Assembly: GCF_002443295.1 (NCBI RefSeq)
Contig: NZ_BAOS01000034.1
Coordinates: 56,642-88,641 of the forward strand
Source: Candidatus Scalindua japonica
GTDB lineage: Bacteria; Planctomycetota; Brocadiia; Brocadiales; Scalinduaceae
Reading direction: 5' to 3'
DNA length: 32,000 nt
How positions within the stretch are numbered: the first letter of the stretch is position 1; each line of letters starts with the position of its first letter. Below the pieces are notes generated by a model, which saw nothing but the letters and a program-made list of their open reading frames with translations, was not told the DNA's origin and ran no database searches. The position numbers and the translations under genes were made by a program. Positions 1 to 7,899 of this stretch are shown one piece after another.

Positions 1-73
1 AGTTTAGCAGGACTAACACTAACTGATGGATATGAGGTTGTAAAAAGGATTAATCCACAAGCACAAGCAACAG

Positions 74-1027
74 GTGGTTTTTTTTTCAGAACAGTATCTA
101 GTAGAAAAAAAGAATAAAGAGTATTTCTTGAAAGCATTTGACTTTTCGAGTGCACTTCATACTCCCGACCCAATACAAGAAATTAGCAATATGACTAAAG
201 CTTTTATTGCTGAACGTGACATACTAGAAAAGTGCAAAAAAAGAAAATTGTCAAAAGTATCACTTCCCGTTGCTTCGGGAAGTACTCAGGTTCCAGGATT
301 TGCGGGTTTAGATGCCATAGTGTATTACCTTATTTTTGAAAAAGCAAAAACAGATATTCGGTCACAGTTAAGCAATCTAAACAACATTGATATGGCATGG
401 TGCTTTCGTTCACTTCAGAATGCTGCAACCGGAATTCAACAACTTCATATTTCTAATGTAGCACATCAAGACTTGAAACCATCAAATATATTAATTTTTG
501 AAAGTGAAAAAGAAAAGATTTCCGATCTAGGCCGTGCTTCCGATCTTGTGATTGAATCAGCAAATGACGAGTTGTGTATGCCAGGAGACAGGGGTTATGC
601 ACCTTTCGAACAATTTTATAAGATAAAATATTCAAACGATTTCACTAAAAGATTTAGCATAGATATGTATCATCTCGGTAGTCTTTTCTTTTCGTATTTT
701 CTTCAAATGTCGGCAACCCAAAGCATTACACTAAACTTAAAGAAAGCAAATAATAAGATTCCTTTAGGCAAGGATTTTACTCATGATTTACCTTTAATAA
801 TTAACGCCTTTCAAGATTCTATGATTGCATTAGAAGCGGAATTGTCAAAATATCTCACAAAAACTCTTGCCGAAACAATTTCAATTATTAATGAATTATG
901 TCATCCAGACCCGGATAAGAGGGGTAATCCAAAGACTTTTATAAGGTCCTACGGTCAGTTTGATTTACAAAGATATATAAGTATATTTAACAAACTTGCA
1001 AAATATGCGGAAATGAATTACTTATGA
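74..1027 (+). CDS. Hanks-type Ser/Thr protein kinase domain protein. It probably continues upstream to the window edge in frame 1, across a T9 tract.
   Basis: Catalytic loop HQDLKPSNILIF, DLG (DFG equivalent), GYAPFE (APE equivalent) and a VAIK-like lysine in YFLKAF. The glycine-loop-like ATGGFF straddles the T9 run at 78-86. Frame 1 is open from base 1 (SLAGLTLTDGYEVVKRINPQAQATGGFF). Confidence 0.8.
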   Translation: MVFFSEQYLVEKKNKEYFLKAFDFSSALHTPDPIQEISNMTKAFIAERDILEKCKKRKLSKVSLPVASGSTQVPGFAGLDAIVYYLIFEKAKTDIRSQLSNLNNIDMAWCFRSLQNAATGIQQLHISNVAHQDLKPSNILIFESEKEKISDLGRASDLVIESANDELCMPGDRGYAPFEQFYKIKYSNDFTKRFSIDMYHLGSLFFSYFLQMSATQSITLNLKKANNKIPLGKDFTHDLPLIINAFQDSMIALEAELSKYLTKTLAETISIINELCHPDPDKRGNPKTFIRSYGQFDLQRYISIFNKLAKYAEMNYL

Positions 1028-1402
1028 GAATAACAGTTGACATAAATAATCGTCAAGTTATCCCAAGGTGGCTTCCATTTGAGATTACTCAATCATTGGG
1101 TGAAATTAATCCATTAAACAAAACAATACTTGATAGTCGGGATTTTGACTATTCTTATTTAAAAAAAGAATTAAATTGGATAAATAAAAAAGATAACTTT
1201 TCTGCTATAGACTACGCCGCAACTGCCTACATTTTTGGTGATACAAATAACACTAATGTCATTAACGCTGCTAAACATATTATAAAAGAAAAAAAGTCGT
1301 ACTCAAAGTATGCAATAGATTTGGCTAATACAATATTGAATGGGATACAATGTGATAACAGTGCTATAAACATACAAAAACTTGAAATTTATCAAAAGAT
1401 AT
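1024..1402 (+). pseudogene. N-terminal part (126 codons) of a helical-repeat (TPR-like) protein gene interrupted by IS66
   Basis: The start overlaps the kinase stop (ATGA at 1024-1027). The reading frame runs into the IS left end at 1403. The last 9 residues of ORF 1024..1428 are IS-encoded. Confidence 0.75.
1395..1402. repeat. Left copy of the 8-bp target site duplication AAAGATAT
   Basis: Identical octamer directly abuts both IS ends (1395-1402 and 3075-3082). Confidence 0.9.
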
Positions 1403-1422
1403 GTAAGCACCAAGTTAACACC
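1403..1422. repeat. IS66 left terminal inverted repeat
   Basis: gtaagcaccaagttaacacc compared with the reverse complement of 3054-3074, gtaagcacccagttaatcac. Confidence 0.85.
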
Positions 1423-1502
1423 CTTTAAAGTTTGGTAAAAAAACCAGTAATAATTGCAGTATAAGCTATCGAATGAATAGGAAATATGGTATGATTTAGG
1501 TC

Positions 1503-3062
1503 ATGGAAGCGGTGGTTGAAATAACAGATTTTAGTATTGAAAATGTGCTTGCGCAGAACGATGAGTTGCGTTGTAAACTCGAATCTAGAGACCACCAGAT
1601 CATGCTACTCGAAGAAAAGATCAACTACCTCCTTTATCATCGTTTCAGTTCAAAGTCTGAGCGTTTTGATAAGCGCCAGCAATTGCTGTTCGGTAACGAG
1701 GATGCTGCTTGTGAGGTTGAACCTGCAACCGAAACTAAGGTACCTGAGCACACCAGAAAGACTGGTGGTCGACGTGTCCCTCCCCAGCATCTTCCGCGTG
1801 TTCGCGTGGAGCATGATCTGCTGGAAGAAGAGAAACAGTGTTCCTGTGGTTCTTGCCTGAATCGAATAGGAGAAGAGGTTTCATTTCAGTACGACGTGAT
1901 TCCCGCCAGGTTTCAAGTAATAGAGAACATTAAGTTCAAGTACAGTTGCTCTAACTCCAAGTGCAAGCAACCGCCAATAACTGCACAACAAAGTCCACCG
2001 GCTCCTTTGCCTCGAACCCAAGCATCACCAGGTGTTCTTGCCTGGGTTGGTTCGAGCAAATTTGCTGATGGTCTTCCGCTAAACCGTATAGCTTCTATTG
2101 CTGGAAAACGTTTTGGCGTACCGTTCACCAGTACCACATTGGCAGACTGGATGATCAAAGGTGCAGAGCAAATTATTTCTCCTCTGGTAGCTACCATGGA
2201 AAATGCGCTTGATGGACATGACTATCTTCACATTGATGAAACCACCCTTCAGGTTCTGAGCGAAGAAGGACGAACTGCTAAACAGAAGTCCTATATCTGG
2301 TGTCGTGTTACTGGCGGTAACGATACCCCGATTGTACTTATGCACTACAGTCCCAGCCGTGCAGGAGCTGTAGCCAGCAAACTGTTGGAAGGGTTCAGTG
2401 GTTTTTTGCAAACCGATGGTTACGCTGGTTATGGGGCATCAGCCTCGCGTCCTAATGTTATCCAGTTGGGATGCTGGGCACATGTTCGTCGTAAGTTTGA
2501 TGTTGCAAGAAAAGCCAGTTCGCCAGGCGCTGCCAATATTGCCCGGCAAGGCATGGAGTTGATCAGAGAACTCTACTACCTTGACAATCAAGAAAAAGAG
2601 AAACCACCGGATCAACGAAAGAGATATAGACAAGAGGTAGTTAAGTCTTGCTTGGATAAGATCCGTTCCTGGATTAATAGAAATCAGGTGCAGGCGTTTA
2701 GCTATGGAGGTTTGCTGTCGAATGCATTTACCTACATTAACAACCAATGGTCAAAACTAACAGTTTTCGTGGAAGACGGACGCCTGCAACTGGACAACAA
2801 CAATGCGGAACGTCATATCCGGCCTATTGCGACGGGTAGAAAGGTGTGGTTGTTTGCACAAAGCGAGGCCGGTGCAAGGGCAACTGCAACTTGGTATTCG
2901 CTGGTTGAAACTGCAAGGGCTAATGGATTAGAGCCTTACTGGTATCTTCGAAAGGTTTTCGAAGAGATGCCAATGTATTTACGAGATCGAAAACCAGTAA
3001 ATGATTTACTGCCTTGGAATGTCGATTCCAAGGAACTGGAGCAACTCGCTAGACGTGATTAA
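1503..3062 (+). CDS. IS66-family transposase (TnpC-like, 519 aa)
   Basis: N-terminal leucine-zipper-like LLEEKINYLL, a Cys cluster (CSCGSC...CSNSKC), and a DDE region with HIDETTLQVL, LQTDGYAGY and CWAHVRRKF, followed by NNNAERHIRP. These are all characteristic of IS66 TnpC. Confidence 0.9.
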   Translation: MEAVVEITDFSIENVLAQNDELRCKLESRDHQIMLLEEKINYLLYHRFSSKSERFDKRQQLLFGNEDAACEVEPATETKVPEHTRKTGGRRVPPQHLPRVRVEHDLLEEEKQCSCGSCLNRIGEEVSFQYDVIPARFQVIENIKFKYSCSNSKCKQPPITAQQSPPAPLPRTQASPGVLAWVGSSKFADGLPLNRIASIAGKRFGVPFTSTTLADWMIKGAEQIISPLVATMENALDGHDYLHIDETTLQVLSEEGRTAKQKSYIWCRVTGGNDTPIVLMHYSPSRAGAVASKLLEGFSGFLQTDGYAGYGASASRPNVIQLGCWAHVRRKFDVARKASSPGAANIARQGMELIRELYYLDNQEKEKPPDQRKRYRQEVVKSCLDKIRSWINRNQVQAFSYGGLLSNAFTYINNQWSKLTVFVEDGRLQLDNNNAERHIRPIATGRKVWLFAQSEAGARATATWYSLVETARANGLEPYWYLRKVFEEMPMYLRDRKPVNDLLPWNVDSKELEQLARRD

Positions 3063-3074
3063 CTGGGTGCTTAC
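3054..3074. repeat. IS66 right terminal inverted repeat
   Basis: Reverse complement matches 1403-1422. The transposase stop codon lies inside it. Confidence 0.85.
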
Positions 3075-3082
3075 AAAGATAT
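3075..3082. repeat. Right copy of the 8-bp target site duplication AAAGATAT
   Basis: Identical to 1395-1402. Confidence 0.9.
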
Positions 3083-4170
3083 CTACTCTTAAAAAAAGGA
3101 TAATACAATTTCCATATAACTCTATTAATTGGATGGATATTGCTTTCTATTACGCCATCATTGGCCAAATTAGAAAAGCAAAAAGGAGTGTTGATGTTGC
3201 AGTTAGCCTTTCACCAAATAATCGTTTTGTACTGCGCTCTGCAGTTAGATTTTATCTTCATATTGGCGAGGTGGATAAAGCACTATATATAATCAAAAAA
3301 TCTTATCTTGTATCAATAGACCCTTGGATAACCTCTGTAGAAATTGCTCTCACACAAAGGTTTGGACTAAAATCTAAATACTATAAGAAGGGTATTCAGT
3401 TACTTACTTCTAGAAATTATTCCAATTTCTGCCTTTCGGAACTGAACTGTACGATTGGGACATTACAGTATAACAGTGGATCAAATAGAAAAGCTAAGAA
3501 ATACATTGTTGACTCACTAATTGACCCAAATGAGAATGTTCTCACTCAGGCGGAATGGTTATTACCTAATATTAATATACCAATAACAAACAGGCCTAAT
3601 TTGAAGTTTTTGTCAGAAGCAAATACAAGAAAGTATTTTCTAGAGAGCAAATTTAAAGAATCACTATCTAGTGCTCTTGATTGGATTAAATTCCAACCGT
3701 TTTGTACAGGAGCAAGCTCGTTTGGTTCTTATATCGCCTCAGTTTGTTTAGAAGAATATGGTACTGCAATTGATATTTCAAAAAAAGCTTTAATTACTTC
3801 CCCAGGAGATCCAACTCTTATTAATAACTTGGCACATGCACTTTGTTTAGATGGCCAGATCAGTGAAGCTTCTGAAGTCATAGGAAATATTGATATAACG
3901 AAGGTTACACCTTTAGACAAGTATATAATTACAGCGACTAATGGATTAATTTGCTACAATATTGGCGAGGCGGAGAAAGGATTTCAATTATATTCAGATT
4001 CTGTTGAGTTCTTTAAAAAAAATAATGACCGAGGCAGGATTGCAATTGCTTTGTATTACTGGGGAAAGGCAGAGATTCATTGTGACAAGACACGAGGAGA
4101 AAAAATATTAAATGAGTCAGAAGCACTTTCAAAAGAACTTAATCTCGTAGAAATTTTAAATAAATTCTAA
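3075..4170 (+). pseudogene. C-terminal part of the IS-interrupted helical-repeat (TPR-like) protein gene
   Basis: Removing the IS and one TSD copy joins 1402 to 3083 in frame (...LEIYQKI-STLKKRIIQF...), giving a 488-aa protein. Recurrent approximately 34-residue helical patterns (A/G/Y-rich pairs such as AFYYAIIGQIRKA and AIALYYWGKAE) suggest TPR-like repeats. Confidence 0.75.
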
Positions 4171-4232
4171 TTTTTAAAGGTCAAGTAGCAACATCTCGTC
4201 TTTTTTATTAAGTCAAAGAATATTTTCAATAA

Positions 4233-5141
4233 CTATAATTTTTCGATTTTTATTTCATCACGTATATTTTTTTTATTCGCTTCAATGATCTTTACTTTTT
4301 TCAATCCTTTAGGGGTTTTTACAACGTAATGACCGTCAATAATACCAACGATTCTATACGTGTTACTACCCTCTCTCTCTAATCTTTCCGGTTTAAGTTG
4401 AGATTCTCTGTATTCTTCAACTGTTTCAGATTTGCGATAAACGTGATTTTTATTCATATTGTGAAAGATTTTCATAAAACCAAATCTAAATATCAAACCA
4501 GCACATACAACCAAACCGACAAAAATTAATATATGTTTAAATGGGATACTTTTAATCTTTTCACCTTCACTAATTATCATTGATCGGTACATTCCAAAGA
4601 CTTTTTGATCTTGTTTTATTCTTTTTGTCTTAAAGCATTCATCACCAGAGTAAAATTTATAGGTAAAACTCTTGCCAATAGAATTAGAACGTCGCACTGC
4701 CTTTATTACGTACTCAGCCAACTGTTGCAATTCTCTCGCCAGACAACGGACGTCCTGGGTTATCAAATAGATATCACAGCCCAAATGACGATGCATCTGG
4801 AAGAAAAGAAACACATTAACATCATAAAACTTACGATGAAAATAATTTCCTGCCTGTGCTTCATCAATTATATAAATAACATTTGAATTCATACAGAAAG
4901 TCTCTTGATATTTATTATTAAAAAAAGTAGAAAGTCCACCAGCATCTGAAATAAACTTATCCAAGTCTTCACCAAGTTTCATGTTCTTAATGTTTGTATA
5001 AACCCTAACATCAACGTCTCTTTCTTTCGGAATCCAAGAGTCTAATTCATTAGACCATGTATAATATGATTTTAAAACATGATTAACTGCATAGTACGTT
5101 TTACCGGAACCAATTTTTCACTGTATCAATCGTATAGCCAT
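4233..5141 (-). pseudogene. Zot / phage pI-like assembly ATPase with an in-frame TGA at codon 8
   Basis: The minus strand reads MAIRLIQ-TGA-KIGSGKTYYAVNHV..., which parallels M13 pI MAVYFVTGKLGAGKT. It also has Walker B VIYIIDEAQ, HRHLGCDIYLITQ and a C-terminal TM segment. The ATG overlaps the secretin stop (TAATG). Confidence 0.8.
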
Positions 5142-6340
5142 TATATTTTCCTCTCAAATTTGAGTTTCTGGTTTTCAAAGTCCTTTTCATTAAAGAGAAT
5201 TTCAACAGAGAGAAGCAAGATCAACTCCGTTTTAGTTTTATTGATATCCTCAGACCTGAACATCTTCCCAAGATAAGGGATATCACCAAGAAGCGGTATT
5301 TTTCTGATTTTCTTATTTATTGAGTTTTCCATTAAACCACCTACATAAATTTTCTGTCCGTCATTAATCAATGTAGTCATTTCAAGTGAATTTTTTGTAA
5401 ACGATGGTGAGTCAATCAAAGGGTTTTGGACAGTTTGAATAATGTCGCTAATTTCCTGGCTAAGATATAATTTAACAACATTGTTTTCTTCAACATCAAC
5501 CTTGACGTTAAGTATTACACCAACGTCTCGATATTCGATATTTTCAGACCTTAAACCATTTTCACTTACTGAAGTTCCTTTTCTTATAGGTTCTGACCGA
5601 CCAATTTTAATAACTGAGGTCTGTCCGTCCTGGACTAACACATGAGGTTTTGAAAGTATCTCTACTCTGCTTTCAGAATTTAAAATAGTGATGAAAGAGT
5701 TTACATCTCGATGGAAAGTGAAAGCCTTGAGACCTTTACCGGGAAGACCAGAGGTTAAGGATGTTATTCCCTCTGTTAATAATGACGCTTGACCACCTCT
5801 ATTATTGTTTGTATTAAAAAAATACTCGACACCATATTGAAGAGCGTTATTTAAAGTGACTTCCATAATAGTAAATTCAACCAGTACTTGTTTTGGCCGT
5901 TTGTCAAATGGTTTGATGACATCTTTAACTTTTTGATAATCGTCTATACTGGCCTTAATGATTAACACATTGATACTTCTGTTTTCAGTTATCACAATTT
6001 CAGGAAACACATCATTTAACAATGATTTAAGATTCTCAGAGCGTTCATATTGCAGGCGATAAAGATAAACATTTTTTGTGTCATCCGGTGAAATCTGTAT
6101 ATTAAGATCGTTCAGGCTTTCACTGTTATGAATCCCATATAATGCACCATTTTTTATAAGCTGATAGTTTTTACTATTTAAGACAGTACGAACCATTTTC
6201 AGTATTTCATCTCTTTTAAATTTACCTTTTATTTCGATATTTACAGAACCGATAAAATCATCAACAATTATGTAATTCTCTTTAATGATCCCCATCAAGA
6301 GACTGACAACGTCTGTCAGTTCAACTTTCTCAAACTGCAT
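5141..6340 (-). CDS. Secretin (phage pIV / GspD family) lacking its own signal peptide
   Basis: N0-like start, then the C-terminal secretin signature IPLLGDIPYLGKMFRSEDINKTKTELILLLSVEI. The frame stays open upstream to a TGA at 6449-6451. Confidence 0.85.
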   Translation of the reverse strand: MQFEKVELTDVVSLLMGIIKENYIIVDDFIGSVNIEIKGKFKRDEILKMVRTVLNSKNYQLIKNGALYGIHNSESLNDLNIQISPDDTKNVYLYRLQYERSENLKSLLNDVFPEIVITENRSINVLIIKASIDDYQKVKDVIKPFDKRPKQVLVEFTIMEVTLNNALQYGVEYFFNTNNNRGGQASLLTEGITSLTSGLPGKGLKAFTFHRDVNSFITILNSESRVEILSKPHVLVQDGQTSVIKIGRSEPIRKGTSVSENGLRSENIEYRDVGVILNVKVDVEENNVVKLYLSQEISDIIQTVQNPLIDSPSFTKNSLEMTTLINDGQKIYVGGLMENSINKKIRKIPLLGDIPYLGKMFRSEDINKTKTELILLLSVEILFNEKDFENQKLKFERKI

Positions 6341-6528
6341 ATCAACATCAATTGCACCTTTTTCAAATTCCTTTGCCTTGCCTTCTTTAACTTTCCATTG
6401 CCAGCTTTCGACATTTTTAGTTTTAGCCGTATTTGTAAAAAGTTTTTTTCATGTGTCTTATCTAAAAGAGCGCATCCCGGAGTAAAAAAACATATTACAA
6501 ATACTAAGACACACAGTTTTCTGAGCAT
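6316..6528 (-). CDS. Small ORF encoding a signal peptide with a possible lipobox (FFTPG/C). It is likely the displaced 5' end of the secretin gene.
   Basis: MLRKLCVLVFVICFFTPGCALL. It overlaps the secretin frame, and the two frames are linked by a 1-nt shift at an A7 run. Confidence 0.45.
   Translation of the reverse strand: MLRKLCVLVFVICFFTPGCALLDKTHEKNFLQIRLKLKMSKAGNGKLKKARQRNLKKVQLMLICSLRKLN
6442..6448 (-). promoter_or_regulatory. Candidate -1 frameshift heptamer A_AAA_AAC, or the site of a 1-nt homopolymer indel
   Basis: In the zero frame of the 70-aa ORF the codons are GAA AAA AAC. A -1 slip continues in the secretin frame (CTT TTT ACA...). Confidence 0.3.
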
Positions 6529-6733
6529 TTATAGGACTTTCTTTTTTATATCGAAATTTCTGTAAGTAAAAAAAATCACGCCAAAGATAAGGCATTTTTG
6601 TCATGCTTTTATATACTTCCAGAAACCTTTAGTTTAAAAGTATTGATAAAAGAACGTAAAAGAAAAGGGGGGAGGTGATTTTCCTTTCCGTTCTTTTACT
6701 AAAAGATCATGGATGTACGATTTCAGAAGTTGT

Positions 6734-7069
6734 TTACAACCGGACAAAGGGAATCATCCTGATTGCCATTCTAAAAGCTACAGCAGACATAATAAGCGAG
6801 AACCCTTCAACGATCTTGAGATGTATTGCAAACCATGCCGTAATGCCTGTAAAATTGATTAGATAGCTGTTGACGCCATAAGTGCCGTCAATCGTGTTTA
6901 ACGTGCTCATTACTCCTTCTATGAGCATATAGATAAGACGGCTGAAAAGTACCGGAACAATAGTAATAACCAATGTCCAGATGAATAACTTCATAGCAGT
7001 AAACCGGACAACGCTATATCCTACCCAACTGCCAAAGGCAGAAAGTAACCAACTCAATAATGCAGGCAT
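6734..7069 (-). CDS. pVI-like small hydrophobic virion or assembly protein (111 aa)
   Basis: Starts MPALL like M13 pVI (MPVLL), has about the same length (111 vs 112 aa) and multiple TM segments, and sits immediately downstream of the pIII-like gene. Confidence 0.55.
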   Translation of the reverse strand: MPALLSWLLSAFGSWVGYSVVRFTAMKLFIWTLVITIVPVLFSRLIYMLIEGVMSTLNTIDGTYGVNSYLINFTGITAWFAIHLKIVEGFSLIMSAVAFRMAIRMIPFVRL

Positions 7070-7092
7070 TTGTTAAACTCCCCTGAATTAAA

Positions 7093-7899
7093 TTATATTC
7101 CCATTGCTATAAAAACAGCCCTTATGGCCATTAAACCCAATACAAAGCTTCCAAACAGATCAACCATCCAATCAAGTGAACAGAAATCAATAGTCATGGA
7201 TTTTCCAAACAGTGTCATGGGAAGTGAACACGTAGCACCAGTAACATTGATCTGACTGCCAGTGGCCAGAAGTACCAGAGGATTAGAGGCAAGATATCCG
7301 GTAATTAATCCAGACCAGTCTGTTTCACCTATCTCAGAGACATCACCCGGAAGACTTGCGTCATAGGTTGTACCGTCAGCAGTACCCGGAACAGCTACAG
7401 GAACATTTCCACCAGAATCTAAACCTGATATATCGTCAATGCCGTCCACATTATCATCTGTAAAATTTCCCGAAGGTTGAGCAACCGGATTACCTGTACC
7501 GCATACACCACCAAAATCAATTCCTGTTTCATCCTGGTTCATTATGCCATCAAAGCAGGTTTCAGTAGGAGGACACACAAAGCCAAAATTTAACTCACAA
7601 ACGCCACCACAATCAATACCCGTTTCGTCTTGATTCTGTATACCATCAAAACAATCAGGCATCAGAGGTATATCTTCTTGGAATTCATAAAATTCAATTG
7701 GAAAATCTGAGATCACACCGTTACCATCAAGACCAATATTACCAACAAATTTATTACCCATACCGCCGCTTACTGGCTCATTTGTAAACGGGTCTGAATT
7801 TAAATCAGCTAAATAATCGTAGTTTTGATCTAAGACACCACGCCACCTGACACTTGTACCATATTGATTACATTGATTTTGAACAAAATTCCTCCTCAT
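7093..7899 (-). CDS. pIII-like minor coat or adsorption protein, apparently 5'-truncated (no signal peptide)
   Basis: The C-terminal CSLPMTLFGKSMTIDFCSLDWMVDLFGSFVLGLMAIRAVF parallels the M13 pIII C-terminus (CRPFVFGAGKPYEFSIDCDKINLFRGVFAFLL). Also present are Gly/Asp-rich linkers and two Cys-rich CFDGIxNQDETGIDxGGVC repeats. Confidence 0.6.
   Translation of the reverse strand: MRRNFVQNQCNQYGTSVRWRGVLDQNYDYLADLNSDPFTNEPVSGGMGNKFVGNIGLDGNGVISDFPIEFYEFQEDIPLMPDCFDGIQNQDETGIDCGGVCELNFGFVCPPTETCFDGIMNQDETGIDFGGVCGTGNPVAQPSGNFTDDNVDGIDDISGLDSGGNVPVAVPGTADGTTYDASLPGDVSEIGETDWSGLITGYLASNPLVLLATGSQINVTGATCSLPMTLFGKSMTIDFCSLDWMVDLFGSFVLGLMAIRAVFIAMGI

Larger units (their letters stand above)
1403..3074 (+). 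mobile_element. IS66-family insertion sequence, single-ORF (ISBst12-like) type, 1672 bp
   Basis: Ends are GTAAGCACC...GGTGCTTAC. The terminal inverted repeats are about 20 bp, with 15/16 matches at the tips. The 8-bp TSD is typical of IS66. It encodes a DDE transposase and is visibly GC-richer than its flanks. Confidence 0.9.
4233..7899 (-). mobile_element. Truncated filamentous-phage (Inoviridae-like) morphogenesis module: pIII-like, pVI-like, secretin, Zot/pI
   Basis: Gene content and synteny on the minus strand. No replication, ssDNA-binding, major-coat or integrase genes are present. The region is AT-rich. Confidence 0.7.

Noticed and set aside
1537-2747. Several 94-110-aa ORFs on both strands inside the IS66 element
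   Set aside because: All are nested in or antisense to the 519-aa transposase ORF, which carries the family motifs.
1403-3074. Possibility that the IS66 element is a truncated copy, because tnpA and tnpB are absent
   Set aside because: Both terminal IRs and a perfect 8-bp TSD are present, so the element is complete. This fits the single-ORF IS66 subgroup.
5079-5276. A 65-aa plus-strand ORF across the secretin/zot junction
   Set aside because: It is antisense to two well-supported phage genes.
6647-6698. Inverted repeat TAAAAGAACG...CGTTCTTTTA between the pVI-like gene and the secretin signal ORF, considered as a phage packaging signal or terminator
   Set aside because: The arms are 10 bp and A/T-rich, separated by a 32-nt poorly paired interior. 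There is no supporting context such as a phage intergenic region or origin.
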